Source of the DNA: Felis catus
Lineage: Eukaryota
Direction: 5' to 3'
DNA: 64,000 bases
Assembly: GCF_018350175.1 (NCBI RefSeq)
Contig: NC_058368.1
Location: 10,912,001-10,976,000, forward strand
How positions within the stretch are numbered: the first letter of the stretch is position 1; every line of letters begins with the position of its first letter. The notes under the pieces were generated by a model. It saw only the letters and a program-made list of their open reading frames with translations. It did no database searches and was not told the DNA's origin. The position numbers and the translations under genes are program-made. Positions 52,111 to 64,000 of this stretch are shown here, one piece after another.

Positions 52111-52446
52111 TTAAAACAAAACCTTAAGTCACGTAATATTGTGTAACACAACACTTAGCAAGAGTTTTGCCTACTTCAATGCTGGTACCTTAAAAATCAT
52201 TTCATTATTTTTATAATAATGGTATGTGGTTCATCAAGTAATCATGAAGAATAAAACAAAAATTTTTCCATCAGGAACTTGTAATATTAAGCACAGAAAT
52301 CAATCAAAGTTTAAAAACAATCTTCTCTTTTTTCTTCTCCATGAGCTATAACACAGTAAATTTACTAATTCCACTCATGGATTACATGAATCCTAAAATT
52401 CTTTTCAGTAGAGAAGTTTTAATTCTTTATTGAACTAAAATCATTT

Positions 52447-53015
52447 CTTTTCCTTTTTTTTTAATTTAAAAAAAAATTTACATCCAAATTAGTTAGCATA
52501 TAGTGCAACAATGATTTCAGGAGTAGATTCCTTAATGTACCTTACTCATTTAGCCCATTCCCCCTCCCACAACCCCTCCAGTAACCCTCTGTTCGTTCTC
52601 CATATTTAAGAGTCTCTTAGGTGTTGTCCCCCCACCCTGTTTTTATATTATTTTTGCTTCCCTTCCCTTATGTTCATCTGTTCTGTGTCTTAAAGTCCTC
52701 ATATGAGTGAAGTTATATGATATTTGTTTTTCTCTGACTGACCAATTTCACTTAGCATAATACTCTCTAGTTCCATCCACATAATTGCAAATGGCAAGAT
52801 TTCATTCTTTTTGATTGCCGAGTAATATTCCATTGTATATATGTACCACATCTTATTTATCCATTCATCCATCGATGGAGATTTGGGCTCTTTCTATACT
52901 TTGGCTGTTGTTGATAGTGCTGCTATAAACATGGGGGTGCATGTGTCCCTTTGAAACAGCCTACGTATATCCCTTGGATAAATACCTAGTAGTGCAGTCA
53001 CTGGGTCATAGGGTA
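52447..53015 (-). mobile_element. Felid L1 3' end, 5'-truncated
   Basis: Perfect 16-bp TSD TGAACTAAAATCATTT at 52431-52446 and 53016-53031, with TTTT/AA endonuclease context. Confidence 0.95.
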
Positions 53016-54319
53016 TGAACTAAAATCATTTTAATCAAAATATATTTGAGTTCCACATCGTGTTCATTAAAATGAGGGAAATGGCAAGAGAGAAAGAAAA
53101 TGAAACAGAAAGGTAACAGGAGATTGAGAGAAACACAAAGCAATGAGAAAGATTGGTGAAGGAAACATCACCCTTGTACCCCATTTGCAGATATTTCCTG
53201 AGGGTCTCCTGTGTGCCTGGAATGGTGCTAAAAGGTGGAAGGGGAGGAAGAAGGGAGGAGTAAAAGCAAGGGAGAAGCCCTGTGGTTTCCAAATAAGAGG
53301 AAGTCCAGAGTTAACTGCTGTCCTCCCACACTGTGCCATTGGAGGGGTAGTCACCTGAGGCCCACCCTGCTTCCCATTGACATTTTGAAGTGCAGTTCAT
53401 GTAGGGAATATTTGCCAAGATTCAGATGAGTTAGAGTCGGGGGCCAAATTTGGCCCGTGGGCAGGAGGTTTGCCAAATACAAAGAAATCCAATATGTTTT
53501 TGCAACAACTATTCTGCAGTAGGTGGTCCTGTCCTGTGTTCAGAGTTTCATGGAGTGAAAAATTGATTGTCATCAATGGTTGCTTTTTAATTGAATGCCA
53601 ATCTATTTATACTCCTAAAAGAGACATTAAATGAGAAGCATTCAAGTGTAGATAAAATATGTCATTTGTATCTGTTATAAATTTCAAGAAAGACAGTTTT
53701 CAAACCATAAAACTAGTTCACCATATGCCAGCTAAAGACATACTAGGCCCTGTGTTTGGCCCCAGCTATTTGGGCTCATTGACTTGATCATGAAGTTATC
53801 CGTTAAATCATACCTCATGAAAAGAAAACTCCACAACATTTTCAGAGTTTAGTGGTTACTCCTATTCATTTGCCAGCCTTGTGAGCCTTCACTCTCCATT
53901 CCGAAATCCAATAGCATTATGTTGAATAGGATCTAGATAATTGTCTACATATGTGCTTGGATATGCACAGGTGCACATAATCACTTACGTAACCTCATCA
54001 CCTATGCTATTATAATAATTTTTCTTTTCTTAGCTCTTTTCCTTTGGTTTACCAAAATGGAGCTCATATATGCTAGTCCTAGAATGAATGCTCAGTAGAT
54101 ACTAATCTGAAATTAGCTACATGTAGCGCCGGTTCCTTGAGTGCCTTGGAATTTTAATGACTTTTAAATAAAGCTTCTAATGACTATCTTCTTATATATA
54201 GCAACTGAATGAGTTAAAAGTTTTGATTCTAGCATTTTAATCCCTTTATTGTAAAGTATTTTCGGTAACTATTTTCACAAGTAAGACTCCTTGCTTCCCA
54301 CACCATACCTCTTTCCTGA

Positions 54320-54930
54320 ATCCTAACTTCTATTTCCACCTGTTTAACTAGGCATTGCTATCTAGACGTCCCTCGGTCCCCTCAAATTCAGCACGTGGAA
54401 ATATTCATTCAGTGTTGTGTCTGACCAGACACTCCTCCTAGCTCTAATACCAAATGGCTTAGTCTGAAGATTAGAGAGTCACCCGAGGCTTCCCTCTATT
54501 CCTTTGTCTCATTGGTCATCATATCCCCTCAATTCTACTTCTTAAAGGTGTCTTGCATTTGTTCCCTCTTCTCCATTTCCTCCACCACAGCCTTGGCTCA
54601 TGCCTCCCTGTGGGCTATTGTGGTAGAGCTGATGGGTCCTCCAGCCTTCAGGAACCATCCTCCCCGCTTCACCTTCCACAGTAGCCACACCAACTTCTCT
54701 CCCCTTCTGTTTGATTAAAGCTTCTCAACACTTTCCCCCTTCTAGCCACAAGAAGTCTACCTTTCTTCCCACAGTTTAAAAAACACTTCAGAGGCTCATT
54801 CCAATTCCACACAAGCGCTTGGCTTCCCCCCAGAGCCCCCTTCACTCTGGTCCTCCATACAGGACATACTCCCTCACTCTTCAGCTTAAACCACATTTAA
54901 ATTCAGTAACTGTTTGCTGAATGAACATGT
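54320..54930 (+). mobile_element. L2 3' remnant
   Basis: CCTCAAATTCAGCACGT; CTCCATTTCCTCCACCACAGCCTTGG; terminal TTTGCTGAATGAA. Confidence 0.6.
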
Positions 54931-55818
54931 CAACAAATGAAATAAAAACACACGTCATGAGTTGTCACAGGGTTGCCCGAAGGCGAGCAGTTAACTCTGC
55001 TGTCCAAGATGATCCAATCTATTGGTTGTGTGGGGCCTTGCTTTTGCTCGTTCTCCCATCTGAAGCCAACAGATTGGGTGCCTTTCTGAATATTTCATCA
55101 AGCTGTCAAAATGTGAAGTAATATCTCTGAAGAAACACTGATCAGTGTTCATACTCAAGCAAAGGGCAAAGTGTGAGAAGATGAGAGTAATGGCCGTTGT
55201 GAGCATTCCAGCTGCTTTGAGGGCTTAAGCGGGCTCTGCCAGGCTTCTGGTTGTGTAATTCTATAAAATGAAGGGCTGACTAAATGACTTCAAAAAGAAT
55301 CTAGATAAAAATGATTTGTTACTTTTCACTTTAAATCAAAGATAATTACCCAGCAGTACACATGATTGTACTTTATAAATAAAAGTACCTTCATTCAGGG
55401 TAAACTCAATACACAGACTTGAAAATGAAAGCAGTCATCAAATAGTGTTCTAATTTATTTTATGTTACCTCAAGCTTTAAAAGGTAGGCACTAGAAAATA
55501 GCATCTATTTCCTGAGTACATACTGAAGTTCAATCATATTACAGAGAATTTCAGAAAAATCAAAGACTATAGTTCATGTTTAGGAATCATTTTGCATATA
55601 ATGCAGGAATGCCTTCTCTGGAAGTAATCCTTGCATAATTTACTCTGAGAAACTTAGGAATACTATATAATAAAGAGGGTATTCCAAAAGGAGAAAATTT
55701 CTGCAAAGAAAAATGGGATTCGTGCATAAACTTACTCATCCTACATAGCACATAACTCTAGGCCAATGCCTTCAGTTTTTGTCCTGAATAATGAACCGCA
55801 GGACTCATGACTTCCATA

Positions 55819-56250
55819 TCTATCCGTTTAAGTTTTGCTGTGGAAATCAAAACAGCAACAATAAAGTCAAATTTTTAGTGGCTTGTAACCATAAACATCT
55901 ATGCGTTGCTCATAGGTCTGCGGTCATCTATGGCTCTTCTGGGCTTAGCTCGGCTCAGGTTTAAGCATGTGGCGTGCCACTCTCATTCGGGCTGAGAAGT
56001 CACACCATACAAGGTCAAGCCACACCACAACGAGGACTTCTAAGCCTCTGCTGGAACCTGGCACGTGATACATCTGGCCACATTGAACTGGTCAAAACCA
56101 GTCTCATGGCCAAGGGAAAATAGACCAGAGCCACCTATAAGAAGTATTGTCAATCACATGGCAAAAAAAAAAACAAAAAAAAAGTGGGTGTGTATAGTCC
56201 TTTCACAGGGAGGGGAAGAATTAGGAGCAATGCTGTATCATAATACCTCT
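55819..56250 (-). mobile_element. Old MaLR LTR (MLT1G/H/I-like)
   Basis: TTAGTGGCTTGTAACCATAAACAT...TGGTCAAAACCAGTCTCATGGCCAAG...TCACATGGCAAA. Confidence 0.55.
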
Positions 56251-56559
56251 GATACACTCTGAATATCTTTCCTGTTGTTGTCCTGGCCATGTATGTGTGG
56301 GCAGGATTCTCTCAGTTTTACACAAATACAAGAATCTGCTTAGCGTTCTTCTCCCTTCAGCCTTACTTGAGCGCATCTTATTATCACTGTGAGAAGAGTT
56401 GATGTTACTTCCTAATATCACAATCCATTATTCAAGATGGGCAGGGTTCAAGTTTTACCTAATTGTCTCTGCAACTCAAGCAGAATATTCCCTTCCCTGA
56501 AATGCCATTGAACTTCTTATCCGCATTTTCATTTTGGTTCCTATTTAACTCTCTAGCAT

Positions 56560-57660
56560 ATCTTGTGCTTGACTTTATTTTATACTCCCTTTAAAAGATA
56601 GCTTTCCTCGGTGCACAATTTTTAGTTGCCAGCTCTTTTCTCTCAGAACTTTGAGTGCTGTGTTATTTATTCTGGCCTCCATCTCTGTTGTTAAGAAGTC
56701 TAGGAGCACCTGGGTGGCTCAGTCGGTTAAGAGTCCGACCTTGGCTCAGGTCACGATCTCACGGTTCGTGGGTTCCAGCCCCGCGTCCGGCTCTGTGCTG
56801 ACAGCTCAGAGCCTGGAGCCTGCTTCAGATTCTGTGTCTCCCTCTCTCTCTGCCCCTCCCCTCTCATGCCCTCTCTCTCTCTCAAAAAATAAATAAACAT
56901 TAAAAACTTTAAAAAAAAAGTCTAGCATTCAAGTATTCCCTTTGTTGGTGATCTGTCTTTCCCCTCTGGTTTCTTTTAAAGCCTTCTCTGTACATCTGAT
57001 ATTATGCAATTTCAATGCTGAAAGTCTAGAAGTGGATTTGTTACTTGTACTGCCTGATAGATATTGTTATTCCCATATTTGTAAATTTTATATGTTATCA
57101 TTTCTAGAAAATTCTCAGTCATTATCTCCTCAGATATTATGTCTTCTTCATTCTCACCATTCTCTTGTTCTGGGACTCTAATTATCTGTATGTGGAAACT
57201 TTTCACGCTTTCCTTCCAATCTCTTAACTTCCTTAATTTTTTCCATTTCCTATACCACCTTCTGGATAATTTCTTCACCTCCTTATTCCAATGTACAACT
57301 TTTTTCTTCAACTTACGTCTTAACAACTATTTTACCCACCCATTGAGTTCTTAAGTTCTACAAGACTTATTCTTTTCTAAAAATTCTCTTCGTTTCTTTT
57401 GAATGGTTTCTTATTTCTTAGTCATGTTTGTGATTTCATATATCTTTCTTTAAACATTTTATATTCCGTAACTGATCATTTTAATATTTGAAAAGGCTAG
57501 GGTTTTAAATCTGCTTTTATTTCTGCCGACTCTCACCCAAGTGTGCTCGCTTGATCTTGGATAATGAGCCAATGTGTGGTTGATGTTAGTCTGGGTAAAC
57601 CCTAAGAATCTAAACTGAGGATATTTCCTACAAGGTTCATATTTGTTTTGAATGGTGCTA
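56560..57660 (-). mobile_element. Old L1/HAL1 ORF1 remnant
   Basis: ORF 57012-57326 (-) contains IQIIRVPEQENGENEEDIISEEIMTENFLEM, matching the L1 ORF1 motif I-I-GVPE...EEIMAENFP. Confidence 0.7.
56703..56918 (+). mobile_element. Can-SINE
   Basis: TSD core AAGTCTAG. Confidence 0.95.
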
Positions 57661-57766
57661 AAAGGCACTGCCTTTAACAGTGCTCAGCCGAATCCTCTAA
57701 GGAGGCTAACATCAAGCCTCAGAACTTGCCACGACCCAAGGCTTGGTCTAAAAGTTGCAGTGCTGT

Positions 57767-57964
57767 GGGGCACCTGGGTGACTCAGTCAGCTAAGCTTCC
57801 GACTTCACCTCAGGTCCTGATCTTGCAGCTCATGAGTTTGAGCCCCTCTGTGGACCCCGCACTGACAGTGCGGAGTCTGTTTGAGATTCTCTCTCCCTCT
57901 CTCTCTGCCCCTGCCCCACTTGTGCACACACTCTCTCTCCCCCTCAAAATAAGTAAACTTAAAT
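57767..57964 (+). mobile_element. Can-SINE
   Basis: Diverged 16-bp TSD at 57750-57765 and 57965-57980. Confidence 0.93.
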
Positions 57965-60206
57965 AAAAGGTGCAGCACTGATACCCACATTCGTTTGCGG
58001 GAGCATCTTGCCTTTTCTATTTGGTCACCGCTATTCATCGCCATTTCAGCATTTTGGTTTGGTTTGTCTTGTGTTTTCCTCTTACACTTAATTCCCCTCA
58101 TTTCAGAGACTTCAGAAATGCAGTAAAACTTGTTTTATGCAGGGGCTATTATTTTCAAGCAAGAAGGCCTTTCGGAGCTTCTAATCTACCACACTGCCAG
58201 GAGTGGCTGCCTTGGTGATATTTTTTACTCTGGGTTTATAGCTCTGCTCCTAAAAGCAGAGCTTGCCAAGAGTTGAGATTCCCAGATAAATGGAGCATGG
58301 CTTAAATTATTTTAAACGTTGAACATCAGAGTTAGAAAGCTTAACTTAGACTTTCTTGCTCAAAATGGGCCCTATTTCAGGACTGGTTTGCTTAACTGAC
58401 TGACAGCTTATGCTAATGACATCACATGATTCAGTGCCGTTTGCTCACTGCCAACAGGGTGCATATAAACCTGTTACCCCTACTGAAAAGGTTACTCAAA
58501 ATATCACTCATTGAAGGATGAATTAGTGACATAATCTCGTGAAGAAAGGTTAACAATAACTATCATCACAAATACTTAGCTAACATAGCGGAATTACTAA
58601 GGTTTTACTATAACTTTATTTATGGTATAGTGACTACTCAAGCGAATGTTGCCATTGTTGGGTCGCCATCATGAGCTTGGAATTCTGATATTTTTTTATT
58701 GTATAACTTATCTTTTTGAGGAAAATATTATCTATTAACATAACTCATTCATTGAATATCACTATATCCTTTTCCCTCCAAACAGAAAATGATAGCAAAC
58801 AGCTAATGGATCAGGTTTGGGGAATAAAAACCAAGATAATGTGTAGAAGGGAGCGGTGTTTACAAGCCTATATTGGCATTAAGTACAGTGAATGGTTAGT
58901 AAATTTCAATCCTGATTGAAAACATTAGTTTGGCAAGATAATGAATTATAGCCTACATAAAAAATGATCACATCATTCTAAATATGTGTCAAAATCAGGG
59001 TTTTCTGGCTATATTTAAATAAATTATGTTCTGGATTTCAGAGCTTTACGTGTAACAATCGTGTCTAAGACATGAGTAAGAGTTACAGTGGAAACTAAGA
59101 AAATGCCCCTACCCACCCCCACAGAACTAGGTAATCAGTACTTACAGTAAATAAACTCCTTCGAATTATCCAGAATTATGATGAATCATGCAATACAGTG
59201 AATGCTATATTTACATGAGCTTTTACTACTATTGCTGAGAGCATGGGTACTAACACAGGAGACTGGAATGGAGGAATAAGTTGATTTAGGTAAGGATCAA
59301 TAAAGTACATTTGTGCAAATTTGACGTTAGCATCTGGGGATGAATTGGCTTGCATAGTGTCTTCTCAGCTCTGCATGAAGCGCTCTCTGGAACTTCCTCC
59401 CCAGCAGTGTCTCCAAGGAAAGAGGAAATTCATTCACCCTCATTTAAACACATACATCATACCTTGTGCACATATCAGCCATTTCAGTTTCTGTTCAAAA
59501 TCAAAGTTAAAACATATTAACTGAAACACGTTTTAATACTTGCACTTTCTGCCTTTAGAAATCAATAATGAATCAAAGATATTCTTAACTATTATTTACA
59601 GTTACTGGGTTCTGAATTGTGTGTGTTGAACGCTAATATTTCAAAGATTAACTCTGAAAAGCCTAACACAAAGGGATGATGATTCAACTCTTATTTCTTT
59701 CATGAGTAAGTCTGGTAATTTCTTTGAAATCTTGACAATTCTTGCTCTAAAAATTGTATTTTCATGGACTATATATTTAAATTTCCAATAGATTTGTGAC
59801 GGGCAATTCATGGCATTTACTTGCACTTAAAAATTCATGCCCAAAGTTTCAATACCAGAAACTATCAACCATCCTCTTGATGGCAGAACACAAAATAGAA
59901 GAAAGAGTGATCCCCCTGATTTTTTTAAGTGAAGTAAGGCAATTTTTATTTAAAAAGTCCTCGAGGTTAGTGAAGAAAAAAAGGTGCCTGAAACGTAAGG
60001 AAAGATTTTGAAATTTTTCTTCTCATCTAATACTTGATTCTCTTTGTTGCTTTCTTGGTTTGAAAAATAAGAGGAGAACAAACACATCTAAACGTATCTG
60101 GAGAATTTAGCTCACTTCTTAAAAGAGAAAGAACTAACACGTCATGTAATTGATAAAATATTTTCCCTTTCAAATCCCTTTTGAATCCTTATTCTATCAA
60201 AGCCTG

Positions 60207-60214
60207 GAAAGAAA

Positions 60215-60291
<77 letters not shown>

Positions 60292-60292
60292 A
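60207..60292. repeat. (GAAA)n tetranucleotide STR, 18 uninterrupted units from 60218
   Basis: Direct reading. Confidence 0.97.
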
Positions 60293-60677
60293 CAATGAAA
60301 ACTCTGTCTCTTATGATGAGTGACCACAATGGCCAGCCATCACTGGACAGTTTTTCAAACAGCGTTGTTAATGACACGATTAATAACGACATGTAAGAGA
60401 ATCCCTATCATTCACTTACAAAATCCTCCATCCAAATTAGGACTACAAGCTGTTTTATATATGTCTACATAGGCATTTCCTAGTCAGTGAAACTCTGACA
60501 ACAAAATTCTACACTGAAGTTTTGTAGAAATCTTTCTGATTATGCGAGGATCAACCAAAAGTCCCTTCCTATACTTGAATTTGCACTAACTGTGCTGTCT
60601 TAGAAGCCACTTTCAGGATGTAAGAACTAAGCTGTAATTAATGTTTTCTGATAGGCATGCAACACCGCATTGAAAGC

Positions 60678-60720
60678 AAAATTATCCACTTTAAAATTAT
60701 CCACTAAAATTATCCACTTT
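60678..60720. repeat. Triple tandem repeat AAAATTATCCACT(TT)
   Basis: Copies at 60678-60692, 60693-60705 and 60706-60720. Confidence 0.95.
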
Positions 60721-61189
60721 AAAAAAGGAATATGGTTACAGAGTAAGTAAATGCTTAAAACATTGTGTAAGTGTTTGACAATAACTATTAAACCCAAGGC
60801 CATATATTTTCATTATTACTATCTTTCTGTATGTTATTTGAAAACATTGAAAAGCATTTGAATAGGTGTTCTTCATGTATTTGTCAGTAAGTAGCTTTTT
60901 GTCACTTGCTTCTTGCATTAAAAATATGCTTGTAAAGAGTTTCATCACCTTTTCACTGTAAATCTATATCCCTTCATATGCAAGAACTGTGTATGTTTAG
61001 ATTTTAAGTGAGAGCAAATTGCACTACATGCTTTGAGGGGAAACAAATTTTAAGTGATTTAAAACAATGTTTCTTATCTAATAATGCCCAAGTCTTATTT
61101 ATGTCTCTCTGTCCATACTATAAGGAAATAACGACCAAGAATACAACCGCAGATTTAAAATAATATGAAACAAAAAAGAAAGAGCAAAA

Positions 61190-61397
61190 AAGATAGGCTG
61201 CAGAGTGACAAGACCTTCTCCCCTCAATGCCAGTAAGGTTCTAGCTCTGAGCATGCTCAGACACATGGGAGGCACCGAAGTTACTATGTCAGAACTCCTT
61301 CAGAGATATAAGGAGGATACATCTAATACTTCAATTGCTGAAAACCTATTGTTATTTTTCTGGTATTAAACATCTCTTCAGCCTCAGACTGATTGCA
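61190..61397 (+). promoter_or_regulatory. RXFP2: RXFP2 proximal promoter / 5'UTR
   Basis: Repeat-free sequence directly 5' of the ATG. Contains palindrome TCTGAGCATGCTCAGA (61246-61261), TATAA (61307-61311) and SOX-type CCTATTGTT (61345-61353). TSS cannot be fixed from sequence. Confidence 0.6.
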
Positions 61398-61440
61398 ATG
61401 TTCCTTCTACTTCATTTCATCATCCTGATAGATGTCAAAG
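61398..61440 (+). CDS. RXFP2: RXFP2 (relaxin family peptide receptor 2 / INSL3 receptor) first coding exon, signal peptide
   Basis: ATG TTC CTT CTA CTT CAT TTC ATC ATC CTG ATA GAT GTC AAA G|gtaagt = MFLLLHFIILIDVK plus a phase-1 donor. In-frame upstream [10 protein letters not shown]. Matches my recollection of the human N-terminus (...[25 protein letters not shown]). Too short for the ORF track. Confidence 0.93.
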
Positions 61441-64000
61441 GTAAGTCTGCTACTTTCTCGCTTAAATGAGTGCAATTCCAAAAGAATAGAAAATAGACTA
61501 TTTCTATTTAGTTCTAGCATATTTATAATAGACTCATTGCAGCGTTTGAGAAACAGACATCGAGTTTACGTTGTCATTGTCATCACCACTAATTGCTTGT
61601 AGTCCCATCCTAGCAATTTCTAGCAGCAACAAATTTTTCATGGGAACTTGCTTTTGTGTGTTAGTAAAATTGTAGGTAAAACATTTTTTAAAAACCAATG
61701 TGGAATATATCAATTATAATGGCGAAAATAGTTCTTAGTATTTGTAAAGAAAAAAAAAAACACAAGCATGACAAATTAAAAAATTAAAATTTTGCCTTAT
61801 GAAATTTCAACCTGTTGAAATATCTTCATAAAATGTATGTAATTGTTAGTTGCTATGTTTCGTTGTTAACATAGCTGAACTGGGAACTGCCCAAAAAAAA
61901 AAAAAAAAAAAAAAAAACAAAGAAAAAAAGAAAGAAAGAAAGAAAGAAGGAAAAGAAAAAGCCACAAATCTAAAAATCAGAATCTCTCCCTTAGAGCAAA
62001 CCTATGTAAAATAAAATCATTAAAAATGTACAAAAGGACTCTCCTTACTGGTTTTGATTTTAAACATTTTAATTTCATCCATATTTATAACTTGGCATTT
62101 TTCTTAGGAAAAAAATTAATATTCACCTGGTGTTAAAGAAAAATATACCCTTGTTTTATTGTGAGCTTGTACACTTGTATCTATTTATTATATCCAAAGC
62201 ATGTTGGGTTTATTATTATTCAAAATGTGTCTAAGTTCCTAGTCTTTCTTAAAGAATTTTGATAAACTTCTGAGAATAAGAGTTAGAATTTGAAATTATT
62301 TTTGTTTTCTGAGAAATTGGTTTTAGGTTTCTAAAATACTCAGTTTTCATTAAATGAACTCAATTGAGTATTTTTAATCTTGAAATAAAATGCAGTTATT
62401 TATGAACAATTATTTACAAACTTCTAACAAATAGAAGATTTTTAAAGTATTTCAGTTTTAGTTTGAATTTGAAATACTAAAATTTTCTTCAGATTATTTT
62501 AAAGTATTAACCTAATACAGTTAGCATGATTTTTATTTTGCATTTTAATCTCCTTTACATAAAAATTTAAGTTATCATTTAAGTGTTGCCTTATGTGTTT
62601 CTTAAAGACAAGGAATATATGAACTCACTTGACATGAAATATGTTTGTGGAGAGCAGTCTATTTCTTTGATTTAGGGTCTTCCTTCAATTTATATCCTAT
62701 GCACATCTGTAATATTAAATTTTATATGATTTTTAAGAATAAAAGTTAAAAAGAAGGTTCTTGGATCCAATACACTTTGTAGAGGTAATCTGTACCCTTA
62801 ATTCCTTACTGTACAGGAATTGCAATATAGTTAACCAGTTTTAATAGAATATATGGTATAAAATATATATATGGTATAAAGGATATGTATAAAATATAAA
62901 GTATAGTATTGCTTGTGGTGATACATTTAATTGACTTTGTGAACAAAATTTTTATGAGATGAAAAACATCTATTACTGAAATAGTGTTTTAAGGTTTACC
63001 ATAACGTAATGGTGTTCTTTAAACTAAAAAAGAAAGGAAAGAAATTTTAAAGAGATGATTTGGGTTTATTTCTAAGCAAATGCCATGTTTCAGATCCACA
63101 GTCCAACCTGATAAATATTTTCATTGTAATTCCTTGGAAATTTTTATTTTCCAATTGACCTTTCATTTCAATTGCTAGTTTAACCCTTTCTTTTTAACAT
63201 TATTTTCAAAGCTAGACATGTTAATCCTTTGATATCTTATTCCTATTTATAAAGATAATTATCATTTGCTATATAATTAGTGGAAGGTTTCACAATAAAA
63301 TTATAGACAGTTAAAGTAGTTCGGCTATAATAAAGAAAATCATCCGGAATTATATAAGAGCACAGATTGCTTCTTAAATTTACATAAATAGGTGTCATAA
63401 TTTTTTAGGTCAGACCTAAACAAAAGGAAAAGGCAGACATTATGTTTTACCTTTTCTCTTCTGGCCATCATCACCCTTGAGTGTCTAAGGGACTAGTGAT
63501 ATTGGCTAACAAGCTACAGACATTAACTGATGAGTAAAGATAACATATCTTATTATAACTTTGTACATGTATTTTATCATCAATTTATTCACTGGGTATC
63601 CTTGTTAATCAGACTCAAGCCACCTCCTCCCCAACAAGTTTTTTGTGGATTAATTACGGATAATATTACAAACCGAAAACATGGGTTTATATGAGAAATT
63701 AAAAGCATAAAGTGCCCACAATGCTACTGGGTAACTCTAGGTTGCTAGCTACTCAAAAAATTTGCTAACCTTCAAAAAATGAAGTCATTGAAAACAGGGG
63801 CCTAACATTTTGAAGTGAGCAGTATTTGACTGCCCCCTAATGGACAAGTTCAAAGCTCGCGTTGGATGCTCCTTTTTCTAAGAAATGTCGCTTCTACTTG
63901 GTTGCTGTCACTTGAGAAAAGGTTCTCCAACTAAATTTTAATTTCACACAATTACATCATGCTGCCGGTAGCTGTGAAAATCTATTATATTGCAGGCCAG
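61441..64000 (+). other. RXFP2: RXFP2 intron 1 (5' part)
   Basis: Consensus donor AAG|GTAAGT at 61441; AT-rich; no LDLa-module (CQKGYFPCGN-like) exon seen before the window end. Confidence 0.85.
61893..61960. repeat. Poly-A / (GAAA)n tract in RXFP2 intron 1
   Basis: Direct reading. Confidence 0.9.

Noticed and set aside
60682..60718. Three TTATCCAC(T) motifs resembling bacterial DnaA boxes
   Set aside because: The context is clearly mammalian; this is one short unit triplicated by slippage, so the similarity is coincidental.

Overview
Mammalian genomic DNA from a felid, identified by SINEC_Fc-type Can-SINEs and carnivore L1s. About 61 kb is repeat-rich intergenic sequence upstream of RXFP2 (the INSL3 receptor). 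The first coding exon is at 61398-61440 (+), encodes MFLLLHFIILIDVK and ends at a GTAAGT donor; intron 1 runs to the window end. No other host exon was recognised, and almost all ORFs in the supplied track are repeat-derived or chance. Less ordinary items: (1) a decayed Ty3/Gypsy reverse-transcriptase fossil on the minus strand at about 36954-37690; (2) a 3'UTR-only retrocopy, probably HNRNPA3, nested in an L1 tail; (3) two independent insertions at the same nucleotide of two L1 3' tails; (4) an RXFP2 leader that lacks the human upstream ATG but carries a candidate uORF and a 16-bp palindrome; (5) GC-rich patches that may reflect biased gene conversion. I found no evidence for a new multi-gene system. 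Family names come from recalled consensus sequences, not database searches, and the boundaries of old repeats are approximate.
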